This document shows, one piece after another, positions 18,856-28,200 of a DNA stretch of 29,083 nucleotides. Position 1 is the stretch's first letter. Every line of letters begins with the position of its first letter. The position numbers and the translations under genes were made by a program. Origin of the DNA: Candidatus Thorarchaeota archaeon (GTDB lineage Archaea > Asgardarchaeota > Thorarchaeia > Thorarchaeales > Thorarchaeaceae); assembly GCA_046758445.1 (NCBI GenBank), contig JBHIAE010000035.1, positions 1 through 29,083 on the forward strand, in the 5' to 3' direction. Below the pieces are notes generated by a model that did not search any database, had not been told where the DNA came from, and saw only the letters and a list, made by a program, of their open reading frames with translations.

Positions 18856-19473
18856 CTGATTGCTGAACTGAACTTCATCTCAATGGTGCTCTTCAATTTC
18901 ATCTCCTTTGTGTTCTACGTACGGAGTGTGGGGCCTGCAGCTCTTGAGCAGAAGATTGGCGAGATTGCATACGAGAGATGTGCAAGGTATCGACAGATAG
19001 CATCTATTGCATTCTACGCTGCCTTTGCGAATTTCGCCATATACTACTTCTTTCCTCTCTCCACTTCCCTTCCCCAACATTTCCCTTGGGACTACCTCTT
19101 TACGGCATCAGTAGCCACCATTGTCTTGATCCCTAGCCTGTACCTAATGTACCGAGGAGTCAAAGACGCGGGAGAAGAGACCCTCACTCCTAGGAAGGAG
19201 CACTCTCTCTATGGTGGTATATATGAAATTGTGAGACATCCGCAAGCTTTAGGCGAGGTATGGTTAGGTCTTGTGATTGCCTTATACCTGAAATCTCCCT
19301 TGTTGGCACTCTTCTCTTTGATCTACTTCCCTGCGTTCTACTACTTCTGCGTCGTAGAGGAAAGAGACCTCGTAATCAGATATGGTCAGGCCTATGTTGA
19401 GTATAGAGACAGAACGCCTATGTTCATTCCTAGGCGTGGAAGTCCGAAACAGATTGAAACCAGTGAATCCTGA
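18856..19473 (+). CDS. Isoprenylcysteine carboxyl methyltransferase/PEMT family membrane protein
   Basis: GGIYEIVRHPQ, EERDL..RYGQAYVEYRDRTP; probable CTG start at 18856 behind GGTGAGG (ATG 18883 is the alternative). Confidence 0.85.
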   Translation: MIAELNFISMVLFNFISFVFYVRSVGPAALEQKIGEIAYERCARYRQIASIAFYAAFANFAIYYFFPLSTSLPQHFPWDYLFTASVATIVLIPSLYLMYRGVKDAGEETLTPRKEHSLYGGIYEIVRHPQALGEVWLGLVIALYLKSPLLALFSLIYFPAFYYFCVVEERDLVIRYGQAYVEYRDRTPMFIPRRGSPKQIETSES

Positions 19474-19488
19474 TGTGATTTGCTGCCT

Positions 19489-19953
19489 CTAAGAACTCAG
19501 TAGCTCTGCTCCGAAAGCCTTGCCAAAGTCACGAGCCCTCGGCAGTTCAGCAGGGTTGAGTGGTCCCCGAAATCCGTCCACAAGCGCTGTGAAACCTGGC
19601 GTAACAAGCCTCATTCCAGGTGCCCTCCTCTTGATCTCGGATTCCATCTTTCTGACAGCCCGGGCCCTTTGAGTGCCCATGTAGGTATCAAAGACAGCTC
19701 CAAGCTTTCCATCGAGTCCTGCCTTTGTGGCCTTCTTGATTGCCCCTTTGATTCCCCTTGTTGCTGTTGTTGCATGAACCGGACAGCCAAAGAGAACTCC
19801 TTCATAGGAAGCGATGTCTTGCTCAGACAGCTCACTATGCTTCGTCAGCGTACACAAGATATCACCTGCTTCTTCAATCCCAGCAGCTATCTCTTCGGCG
19901 AGAAGCTTGGTATTCCCAAATGTAGTGTCATAGACGACCAATGCGCGTTTCAT
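19489..19953 (-). CDS. Flavodoxin family protein
   Basis: VVYDTTFGNTK, GCPVH, GAVFDTY; start MKRALVV at 19953. Confidence 0.9.
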   Translation of the reverse strand: MKRALVVYDTTFGNTKLLAEEIAAGIEEAGDILCTLTKHSELSEQDIASYEGVLFGCPVHATTATRGIKGAIKKATKAGLDGKLGAVFDTYMGTQRARAVRKMESEIKRRAPGMRLVTPGFTALVDGFRGPLNPAELPRARDFGKAFGAELLSS

Positions 19954-19975
19954 GAGCCTCGCTTTCTCAAGCGGA

Positions 19976-22900
19976 CTATTGAGCGTAGCGGTAAGAAGCA
20001 AAGTCCTCTGAAAGAACCCTATCGAGCGCATCGACAAATGAATCAGCGTTCTCTCTTGTGAAGACCATGGGCGGCTTGATTTTCAACACGTTGTTGTGTG
20101 GCCCATCAGTACTGATGAGAATGCCCAGATCTCTCAACCGGTTCACGACATAGGATGCTTGAGCAGTCGCAGGTTCTTGGCTCTCCCTGTTGAGGACCAG
20201 CTCAACGCCTAGGAAGAGTCCAAGTCCCCTTACGTCCCCAATTGTCTGGTGACGTTCTTTGAGCTCGCTCAGCCTCCTGAAGAGGTAGTCACCAACCTCC
20301 CTAGCTCTCTGCTGGAAACCCTCTTCTTCCATCACATCTAACACTGCGATACCCACAGCGCATGAAACCGGGTTCCCTCCCGTTGTGCTGAACCACTCCA
20401 TGCCGGTTTCAAACGACTTGGCAATCTCTGGCGTCGTCACGACTGCTCCTAAGGGATGTCCGTTTCCGATTGGTTTCCCCAAGGTTACTATGTCTGGCAC
20501 GACTCCCTGAGTTTCAAATCCCCAGAAATGAGTTCCAACTCTTCCAAAACCAACTTGCACTTCGTCTGCGATACATACCCCTCCGGCCTGACGCACTAAG
20601 TCAAATGCCTCTTGAAGGTAGTTCTCCGGGAAGACAATCTGTCCAGCGCATCCCATCAAGGGCTCGCACACAAAGGCGGCGGGGGCCTTTCCCTCCTTCT
20701 TGAGTCGCTTGACTACTCCACGAACGTCCTTGGCGTACTTAGACCCTGCACCTGAGTCACTGGCCTTGTAAGGCCCGCGGTAGACGTCAGGCGTTCTGAC
20801 CTTGTGCGCATGCGGCGGCGCTCCCTGCCCCCCAGGGCCATCGAACTTGTATGGGCTTATGTCGACCAAAGACCCTGTATTCCCGTGGTAGGCACCATCA
20901 ATCACAATCATGTCTTGATTACCGGTGTATGTCCTAGCTAAACGAAGTGCGAGCTCGTTTGCCTCACTCCCGCTATTCACGAAGAAGCAGACACTCAGTG
21001 GCTCGGGCATCTTGCTCACGAGCCGTTCTGCATATCGTACGAGATTCTCGTGAAGATATCTAGTATTGGTATTCAGGACTGCAGCTTGTTTCTGAAGAGC
21101 CTCTACGACTCGAGGGTGGGAATGACCGACATGCGGCACATTGTTTCGGACGTCCAGATATCGTCTTCCGAACTCGTCGTATAGATACTGCATATGCCCA
21201 CGTACGATGTTCAGTGGCTTCTCATACGACACACTCAACGTCCTGCTGATCTTGGCCTCTCTGACAGTTTGAATATCGTTCTTCTTCATTGTATCTTCGG
21301 GAAAGGCACTGTCTGGAATCCCTAGGATGAGATTGGGATTTGGGCTGATACTGAGCCATATATCGCGTTTAGTGGGAGCGGCCACACCAAAGAAGTCCCC
21401 TTCCCATCCAAGCATGTCAACAATAAGCTGGAAGTGTAGATGTGGAGGCCAGCCCCCATTGGTCGGATACTCGCCGACGCGGGCGATCTCCTGGCCCTTC
21501 TTGAACTCCTTTCCAATTCTCAACCCTTCTAGGGAGTCCACACTGAGATGGCCATAGAGTGTATGAAGCTTTAGGCCTGTCGACCCCAGGTCATGCTCCA
21601 GAACAATTGTTGGCCCATTGTCCAGAGGATTCTTGTTGTAGAGAAAGCTGTGAACCCTACCGTCCAATGGAGCCAAGACTCGTGTGCCTGACTCCATAAA
21701 CATGTCAATGCCCACATGGACAGTTCGCATCTCGCCAAAAGCTTCGTACTGTCCACCAGCGTATATCAGTCGCGCCTCATTGTACCTGCCGACGCCAAAC
21801 TCAGCACCTGTGTCTTTTAGCTTCCTAGCCACAAGATCTGTGAATTTGTCGATATCCGACAAGTCGTCCAGACTCGGAACGTCTAGACTCCCTACGCTTA
21901 GGTCGAATACAACCCCAGGTGTGGTCTGTAGATCAAACTCAACAATCGAGCCGATTTGTTCCGGGTTGCTTCTGAGCCACTCTTGGACTTCAGTACTCTG
22001 TGGGCAAGGCTCCAGGTTACATGCGTGTCTGAAGATGTATGTAGCAAGTCTAGGGTGAATCTCTCTCAGCAGGCGCATCAGGACTAAGATTTGCTCCTGA
22101 CTGATGTTCAGATACTCGTTGTTTGGTTCGAGCTTCCTCTGGTACGCCGCAATGGACATGCTTGCGGCAAGCCTGGTGCAGATTAGAGGAAACAAGAGCC
22201 CTATTTCTAGCTCTGTCAATGGAAATACCGAGTTGTACCCTCTCACTACTTCCGCTGCAGCGGAGAGAGGGTCGTTCTTCCCAAGCATCACGTAAGCGGC
22301 TGCGATTACGATCTCAGAAACCGTACACGTATGAACCATGTCACCAAAGTCTAAGATACCGAACGCCGCCTCTTCAAAGGGGTAGGCCTTGGTCACAACT
22401 ATGTTGTAGTCATTTGCATCGTTGTGCACTACGCTTGTGCGAAGATGTTGGATAAGCGGGACCACATTTTGTTCAAAGTACTGATAGAAATATCCCACGA
22501 GAGCAAGCCTTTCTTCGTCGACAATGTACTCCATGTGTCGCCTGATTACTTCACCGGCGTTCCTCAAGTCCCAGTAGAACTCGCGATCAGCCGCCGGGTG
22601 CGAAAAACTCTGCAGAGCCCTGCTAAGATGACCGATGAATTCACCCAACCTACGAAGCAGTTCAGTTGCGTGAGGGTTCACTTTCGCTAGGACCTTGCCA
22701 GGAAGAAAGGTCAACATTCTTACGAAATGAGAGTTCCCGTCTCCATCCTCAATTGAAGCAATGTGCGCCCCCTCAGAGGTCTCAACGACTTTCGGGCACT
22801 GAACCTGTATGCCATGGTCTGACAGGTGCTCCATCGCAGAGTTCTGGAACTCGAGCACTTCTTTCTCCTCAGACCCAGCGGCAATCTTCAAAACATATTC

Positions 22901-23056
22901 CTCGCCAGTCTGCGCACTCAAGAGATAGTTGCGGTCACGTTCGCTTGGGAGTTCTTGTGCAGAACCGGTGACGCCGTAGAGTTTACTGGCGATTCTGAGC
23001 GCGTCTTCTTCTGTGAATGACGGTCGGCTCGGGTCCCTGGATGACAGTTTCGTCAC
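19976..23056 (-). CDS. APH/hydroxylysine-kinase-like + M23 peptidase-like + class III aminotransferase (phospho-lyase-like) fusion
   Basis: HNDANDYN and DFGD (kinase); HVGID and HLHFQ (M23); [25 protein letters not shown] (PLP Lys). Confidence 0.93.
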   Translation of the reverse strand: MTKLSSRDPSRPSFTEEDALRIASKLYGVTGSAQELPSERDRNYLLSAQTGEEYVLKIAAGSEEKEVLEFQNSAMEHLSDHGIQVQCPKVVETSEGAHIASIEDGDGNSHFVRMLTFLPGKVLAKVNPHATELLRRLGEFIGHLSRALQSFSHPAADREFYWDLRNAGEVIRRHMEYIVDEERLALVGYFYQYFEQNVVPLIQHLRTSVVHNDANDYNIVVTKAYPFEEAAFGILDFGDMVHTCTVSEIVIAAAYVMLGKNDPLSAAAEVVRGYNSVFPLTELEIGLLFPLICTRLAASMSIAAYQRKLEPNNEYLNISQEQILVLMRLLREIHPRLATYIFRHACNLEPCPQSTEVQEWLRSNPEQIGSIVEFDLQTTPGVVFDLSVGSLDVPSLDDLSDIDKFTDLVARKLKDTGAEFGVGRYNEARLIYAGGQYEAFGEMRTVHVGIDMFMESGTRVLAPLDGRVHSFLYNKNPLDNGPTIVLEHDLGSTGLKLHTLYGHLSVDSLEGLRIGKEFKKGQEIARVGEYPTNGGWPPHLHFQLIVDMLGWEGDFFGVAAPTKRDIWLSISPNPNLILGIPDSAFPEDTMKKNDIQTVREAKISRTLSVSYEKPLNIVRGHMQYLYDEFGRRYLDVRNNVPHVGHSHPRVVEALQKQAAVLNTNTRYLHENLVRYAERLVSKMPEPLSVCFFVNSGSEANELALRLARTYTGNQDMIVIDGAYHGNTGSLVDISPYKFDGPGGQGAPPHAHKVRTPDVYRGPYKASDSGAGSKYAKDVRGVVKRLKKEGKAPAAFVCEPLMGCAGQIVFPENYLQEAFDLVRQAGGVCIADEVQVGFGRVGTHFWGFETQGVVPDIVTLGKPIGNGHPLGAVVTTPEIAKSFETGMEWFSTTGGNPVSCAVGIAVLDVMEEEGFQQRAREVGDYLFRRLSELKERHQTIGDVRGLGLFLGVELVLNRESQEPATAQASYVVNRLRDLGILISTDGPHNNVLKIKPPMVFTRENADSFVDALDRVLSEDFASYRYAQ

Positions 23057-23080
23057 ACCTCATTCTACTGTTTTGCACTC

Positions 23081-23515
23081 CTAGTCGAACTGCAGACTAT
23101 CAACGTTGCATTCGTCATCGTCCCCTGGGCGTAGGTAGGCAATACGTTTTGGCTTTATTCGGATGAGCGTGAACTCAGGGTCGTTGGCATCTACCCAGTA
23201 GGTTTCAAAGTATGAAGCCATTGCAGCTAGGCTTTTTCGGACGGTCGGGTCTTCCACAATTGATGCATCTGCAGCAATTCTCAGGTAGCCTCTATTCTCT
23301 CCGTGCTTGACGGGTCTTACAATCTCTACGTTGGAGTTTTCTCTAATCTCGCCGACTTTCCTGCACTTCGTGCTTGTCAGTACAAAGAGATTCCCCAGGC
23401 TCTCTACCAGTGTCACCGGACGGACTCTCGGTTCACTGCCATCAACTGTGGCTAGGTAGACTGTGGGCTCATCCTCCAGAAGACTCTCAGGAGTGGGAAC
23501 AGAAGCTTCTGACAT
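23081..23515 (-). CDS. Pyridoxamine 5'-phosphate oxidase-like FMN-binding protein
   Basis: YLATVDGSEPRVRPV, KVGEIRENSNVE, DPEFTLIRIKP. Confidence 0.88.
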   Translation of the reverse strand: MSEASVPTPESLLEDEPTVYLATVDGSEPRVRPVTLVESLGNLFVLTSTKCRKVGEIRENSNVEIVRPVKHGENRGYLRIAADASIVEDPTVRKSLAAMASYFETYWVDANDPEFTLIRIKPKRIAYLRPGDDDECNVDSLQFD

Positions 23516-23560
23516 GACGATGATGCAGAGCTATCAATACAGATAAATCAAGTCCCCGGA

Positions 23561-24061
23561 ATGGTCGGAGCCATGAGAGAGGAGTCCGTGGAAGAGGTCA
23601 CTGTGACAGTCTTTCCCCCAATGCCAGGGATTGGCATCGTCGAGGACGAACCTGTGATTGAGGACGACGAGTCTTGCGGAGATGCATCACTTACTGTCCT
23701 GACAATCGACCCATCTGCCGACTCTGAATCTGCAGTTGTTTCATTCGATTCCAAAGACCCCATTGTGAGAATCAACCAGATGCTCAGCGAAGCCAAGGAA
23801 ACCCATGGTGACAGCCTTTGCATCCGTGTGGCAGACTATGATACTTCAGAGTCTCTTGATGATGCCATCGAGTGGTTGAACTCGGCTCTCAGGGGAAGTG
23901 GTGACAACACAGTCTTGGACTCTCAGAGCTTCTCGATGTTCATCGGTTCGTCTGCGCCAATAATCACCATCAACAATAGACTGTCTTTCGTAGGAACGGT
24001 TCCGACCAAGGACTTGCTTCTAGGCCGAATCTCTGCAGCCTTGAGGTCTGTTCGTTCTTGA
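23561..24061 (+). CDS. Hypothetical protein with a thioredoxin/ArsD-like C-terminus
   Basis: APIITINNRLSFVGTVPT resembles the cis-Pro strand of thioredoxin-like folds. Confidence 0.65.
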   Translation: MVGAMREESVEEVTVTVFPPMPGIGIVEDEPVIEDDESCGDASLTVLTIDPSADSESAVVSFDSKDPIVRINQMLSEAKETHGDSLCIRVADYDTSESLDDAIEWLNSALRGSGDNTVLDSQSFSMFIGSSAPIITINNRLSFVGTVPTKDLLLGRISAALRSVRS

Positions 24062-24085
24062 AGAAAAGGGGAGGATAGCCCCTCC
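24061..24085 (-). terminator. Terminator of trpB2
   Basis: Minus strand GGAGG-GGCTAT-CCTCC followed by CCTTTTCTT. Confidence 0.55.
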
Positions 24086-24128
24086 AAGATGTTACTCCAA
24101 GAGGAGCTATATTCCGATGGATCAATCA

Positions 24129-25484
24129 TCATGTGGTCTGCGGCAATGGTACGCCTTCTTTCGCGGTCACCATTTCCTTCTCTGGTACTAGTGCGCCATC
24201 CATCAAGGCTGCATAGGCGCCCATGTCAAAGTGTCCATGACCTGAGAGATTGAACACTATCACACTCTCACTGCCCGACTTCTTCGCCTCTAGTGCAGCA
24301 TCGATAGCGGCCTTCACCGCATGAGCCGTTTCAGGAGCAGGAATAACTCCCTCAGCCTTTGCGAACATCAAGGCGGACTCGAGTACTGAAATCTGATCAT
24401 ACGCAACGGGGCGAATTCGTCCCTCGTTGACAAGAGCACTAACCGTCGGCGCGACACCGTGATACCTCAGACCACCTGCATGTATCTCTGGAGGTGTGAA
24501 ATCCTTGCCCAGAGAATACATCTTTACCTTCGGGGTGATTCCGGCTGTGTCGCCAAAGTCATACTTGAACTCTCCTTCAGTCATTGACGGACAGGCTATG
24601 GGCTCGACGCCGATAAACTCGGTCGCCTCGAATCGGGAGTCCGCCATGAACGGGTACGAAATCCCAGCGAAGTTGCTTCCACCTCCGACGCAACCAATGA
24701 CCTTGTCGGGGGTCTCGCCCATCTTCTCGAGCTGGATTATGGTTTCCTGACCGATGACCGACTGATGGAGTAGGACATGATTCAACACGGAACCAATGGT
24801 GTACTTTGTGTCCTCTCTGTTCAGCGTATCCTCCAATGCTTCGCTTATGGCAATGCCCAGAGTGCCCGGATGCCCAGGAAACTCTTCATTCACCTTCCTA
24901 CCGAACTCGGTCTGGTCGGACGGGCTCGGGACTATTTCAGCACCGTATGCCCTCATTAGAGTTCCGCGGAACGCTTTCTGTTCATAACTGACACGCACCA
25001 TGTACACCATGGCTTCGAGGCCAAAATGAGCACACGCAAGGGCTACTGCGCTCCCCCATTGCCCGGCACCAGTCTCAGTCGCATATCGTGACACTCCCTC
25101 TTTCTTGGCATAGTATGCCTGAGTGAGTGCAGTGTTGAGCTTATGGCTCCCTGTCGGTGAAGCGTCCTCACGTTTGTAGTAGATCCTGGCGGGCGTATTC
25201 AGAGCCGCTTCAAGACCCACTGCCCTCTGTAGAGGAGTAGGACGCCCATATTTCATATACGCCTCTCGGACCTCTTCAGGAATCGGTACGAGTCTTTCCG
25301 GGGACATTTCCTGCTTCACACACTCCACGGCGAAGATGGCCATGAGCATCTCAGGACTGACTGGGTTTCCCGTTTCGGGGTTTATAGGAGGGGCCAACGG
25401 CTCCGCCAGGTGCGGCAGGATATTGACGTAGTTCTTTGGCACGTCTTCGATGTCTAGTAGGATTCGTGATTCTGTTCTAGTCAT
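24129..25484 (-). CDS. trpB: Tryptophan synthase beta chain, type 2 (TrpB2)
   Basis: GSHKLNTA, TETGAGQWG, GCVGGGSNF, HAGGLRYHG, PAPETAHA, FNLSGHG; stand-alone. Confidence 0.96.
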   Translation of the reverse strand: MTRTESRILLDIEDVPKNYVNILPHLAEPLAPPINPETGNPVSPEMLMAIFAVECVKQEMSPERLVPIPEEVREAYMKYGRPTPLQRAVGLEAALNTPARIYYKREDASPTGSHKLNTALTQAYYAKKEGVSRYATETGAGQWGSAVALACAHFGLEAMVYMVRVSYEQKAFRGTLMRAYGAEIVPSPSDQTEFGRKVNEEFPGHPGTLGIAISEALEDTLNREDTKYTIGSVLNHVLLHQSVIGQETIIQLEKMGETPDKVIGCVGGGSNFAGISYPFMADSRFEATEFIGVEPIACPSMTEGEFKYDFGDTAGITPKVKMYSLGKDFTPPEIHAGGLRYHGVAPTVSALVNEGRIRPVAYDQISVLESALMFAKAEGVIPAPETAHAVKAAIDAALEAKKSGSESVIVFNLSGHGHFDMGAYAALMDGALVPEKEMVTAKEGVPLPQTT

Positions 25485-25664
25485 TTCTTGTTTCTCCTTT
25501 TCTTGTCTTTCTGCAAGGCCCCTTCCTTCCCTTTTCTGGAAACGAGTCTGTCATCTGGCGCGCAGGCTTGGTCGAAAAATGAGTCTGGAAGACATCAGAT
25601 CGCGCCATCAGGCATCCAAAACTAGTCAGTCTGTGATGTGAGTGTGTGAGATATGGAGTACTAA

Positions 25665-25715
25665 CTAAACGGGCCTTCTTCGGCCCGAATTCCATTGGTA
25701 TATACACACGCTCAT
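25665..25715 (-). CDS. Candidate leader peptide MSVCIYQWNSGRRRPV in the trpB2 5' leader
   Basis: ATG 25715 preceded by GGGATGTGA; TGG at codon 8; TAG 25665-25667; embedded in a long stem. Confidence 0.5.
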   Translation of the reverse strand: MSVCIYQWNSGRRRPV

Positions 25716-25739
25716 CTATTCACATCCCTTGGAAAGGGT

Positions 25740-25829
25740 TGTACTGCACAAACAACTTCGCTATTTAAGTATGCCCGTTAGAGTACTATAGTGCGCACTT
25801 GTGTACATCTACGTATCACTTGTGTACAT
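25740..25829 (-). promoter_or_regulatory. trpB2 promoter with TRP-box-like repeats
   Basis: TATA-like CTTAAATA (minus strand, 25762-25769); CACTTGTGTACAT twice (25796-25808, 25817-25829, 21-bp period), each containing TGTACA; variants TGTACT 25740-25745 and AGTACT 25782-25787. Confidence 0.6.
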
Positions 25830-25948
25830 GATATGCCTAGCTGAAGCACTGATTGGAGTCTATTAGGGGAAGAGATAGCTGTGGCTCGAGAGAATGAGCT
25901 TGTGTTTGCACGAGGACAAGATTTAGAAACATCTTCTCAGGGTGGATT

Positions 25949-27292
25949 GTGATAGTAGTCGAGAACTTCTCCGACGCAATCGGAGAGGATGATGTCAGCA
26001 CACTCTGTGACCTACTAGACCAGGCTATATGTGATAATGGTTGGCCGGCAGCCCGGGATATGCTGAAGACTGCATTCCTTGCCAGACATCAAGGGCAGTG
26101 GTTTGCCATCAACAGACTGATTCTGAAGATCATCGACGCTGAAGAGTTGATTGGGTACGACGGCGATATCATCGAAGAGCTAGACACCCTTCAGGACGTT
26201 CGCAGCCTGACCGACCTCAGGACCACTCTGTATGACTTGCTTGTAGAGAGAGTGCGTAGCCAGATTGCAAGTAATGGATCACTATTGTTCTTCGACGTAG
26301 ATGCAATGTCCTCCAGACCCTCCAGTGTACTATTGGCCGAGCTACTTGAGGCACGAAAGAAGCAGTTCGTTGACAGCGCAACCGCTTTTCTTTCTCAAAG
26401 ACCTTCTTCTGCCGAGTGGACCGAATCCCCTCCACTTTGGACTACTAGCTACGGCCTAGACCTTCTAGTCAGGCTTGACAGCTTCAATGACGACTACTTT
26501 AGCGAGTTCCCCTTGACATGGATTAGGCAGAACCTAGAACCTATTCTATCGGACTTGGGAGTTGATGAAATCGCACATACAGATGAACAGGGACCCACCT
26601 CTGAGGTCCTGATGTCTGAGAGAATGGAGCTTCTCGCGGTAGCGATTGTGAGCCGCTTCAACAACTATCCAGAAAGACTAGCTTGGGACGAGCCCTGGTA
26701 CATCATATTCTCTTCCGGGCATAGGGACTCCTTTCAGTTTGTGCTCGATGTTTCTAGTGGAGCATATCGTTGGATGAAAGAGATGGTCTCAGAAGTCTTT
26801 GATGATGATGACCTCAAGACTCTTACACAGGACATCAGAGCTAGTATGTTGCGAGGAGCGGTAAGAGCGCTCTCATTTGTAGGAACCACTGAAGCTGTAG
26901 AGCTCTTAGGAATGCTTCTGGCTTGGGAGGGTACAGAGAATGCTCTTCTCTACATCCAATCAATGAGTTATCGTGAGTACTTTCATTACCGCGACTCCAT
27001 TCAAGACTGCATTCTTGACTCATTGTCCAAGCTTGACCGCGAAACCATTCAGAAACATGTAATCGCGTTCGTCAACGACCAACTGTGGGATGTCAAAAAG
27101 AGCAAATGGAGTGAGAGTGCCTTTTTGACAGGGACCTCATTAGAGCTGCTGAAGGTTGCCACAGGCATGATTCTTAGGAAGAACCTGTATATAATAAGCG
27201 AGAAACTGATGGACCTTCATAAGGTTGGAGAACTCAATCCCGACATAAGTGGCTTCGCAGCCTCAGTCCTAAAGGATTTCGAGCTAGAGTAG
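25949..27292 (+). CDS. Hypothetical alpha-helical protein with a HEAT-like repeat
   Basis: 447-aa ORF; LRGAVRALSFVGTTEAVELL HEAT/PBS-like segment. Confidence 0.75.
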   Translation: MIVVENFSDAIGEDDVSTLCDLLDQAICDNGWPAARDMLKTAFLARHQGQWFAINRLILKIIDAEELIGYDGDIIEELDTLQDVRSLTDLRTTLYDLLVERVRSQIASNGSLLFFDVDAMSSRPSSVLLAELLEARKKQFVDSATAFLSQRPSSAEWTESPPLWTTSYGLDLLVRLDSFNDDYFSEFPLTWIRQNLEPILSDLGVDEIAHTDEQGPTSEVLMSERMELLAVAIVSRFNNYPERLAWDEPWYIIFSSGHRDSFQFVLDVSSGAYRWMKEMVSEVFDDDDLKTLTQDIRASMLRGAVRALSFVGTTEAVELLGMLLAWEGTENALLYIQSMSYREYFHYRDSIQDCILDSLSKLDRETIQKHVIAFVNDQLWDVKKSKWSESAFLTGTSLELLKVATGMILRKNLYIISEKLMDLHKVGELNPDISGFAASVLKDFELE

Positions 27293-27331
27293 AAGGAAAC
27301 CCAACAAGACCAAATGGCCAAGACTCACTAT

Positions 27332-27673
27332 CTAGCATGTCAGGTGCAGACAAGCAATGATGCCATATTCATCTCTGCGTGTATTGTAGACTTCGCAGGC
27401 CTCCCTAGTCCCTCTCTCGACTATCTCACAGTCAATCTGCTTCATTCTGTCAGTCGTTTGATCCAACACCTTCATTCTGCCATTGTAGCCAGTGCCCACA
27501 ATCAACGTTCGTGGTCCAAAATCAAGGACAGAGGCGAGGTCCTCCACACAGAGCTCATGCCCACTCTTCCGCCACCAATCGCTCTCGACATGGTCGGGAA
27601 AGATGATGACATCGTTCCTGTATTCTCGGCCATCAACTACGATACTGCCGAATCGGTAGTCGTCTATCCGCAT
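27332..27673 (-). CDS. Mth938-like domain protein
   Basis: IDDYRFGSIVVDG, LIVGTGYNG, TREACEVYN, LHLTC. Confidence 0.92.
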   Translation of the reverse strand: MRIDDYRFGSIVVDGREYRNDVIIFPDHVESDWWRKSGHELCVEDLASVLDFGPRTLIVGTGYNGRMKVLDQTTDRMKQIDCEIVERGTREACEVYNTRRDEYGIIACLHLTC

Positions 27674-27771
27674 GTTGGACCTTTAGTCGCAGGTCAAGAT
27701 AAGGAACTTGTTCGTTGAACAGTAAGAGATGCGACGTCAACCTGACCCGAAATCCTCCCTTCTGATAAGAA

Positions 27772-28056
27772 TCATCCCTGCGCCGCTTCAAATCTCCTAT
27801 CCAGGGGCCTCACGCTGAGCACCATTGTAAATCCATAGGCCAAGAGCAGACAAGCAAGGCTGAGTATCTTTCGAATCTCCACCAGTATGTAGTTGAACAG
27901 ACTGACGAACGTGCTGGATAACCTCGGTACCAATGCGATGAGAAACATTATCAGTACTCTTCTTCTGAAAGACTCCAATGAAGTGTTCTCCTTGAATGAC
28001 CTGTAGAGTAGCAAGACTACAATTTCGCTTGGAGGCATGATTGAGGCATGGTACAT
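27772..28056 (-). CDS. Short hydrophobic ORF, possibly a fragment
   Basis: 94-aa ORF with hydrophobic helices and no recognisable family. Confidence 0.25.
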   Translation of the reverse strand: MYHASIMPPSEIVVLLLYRSFKENTSLESFRRRVLIMFLIALVPRLSSTFVSLFNYILVEIRKILSLACLLLAYGFTMVLSVRPLDRRFEAAQG

Positions 28057-28200
28057 TACATTCTCTTCTGGATACAGGGACTCTTCCGGTTTGTCAACGA
28101 CGTTCCTAGTGGAGCATGCGTTCCGGAGGAAGACATGCTTAGGCTTCAGACCAGACCGGGTGGCTCTGCAACAGGAGAGAATGAGAGACGAGCTAGATAG

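Noticed and set aside
19954-20037. N-terminal extensions of track ORFs (flavodoxin, YbjN, SCP2, wHTH, longin-like)
   Set aside because: Extensions overlap neighbours or look non-coding; downstream starts match the domain boundaries
25477-25707. 76-aa minus-strand ORF spanning the trpB2 leader
   Set aside because: No Trp and no recognisable features. It overlaps the trpB2 start, so coupling is not fully excluded, but the 16-aa uORF has the better SD spacing.
27314-27718. 134-aa + strand ORF
   Set aside because: Fully overlaps the clearly recognisable Mth938-like gene on the minus strand
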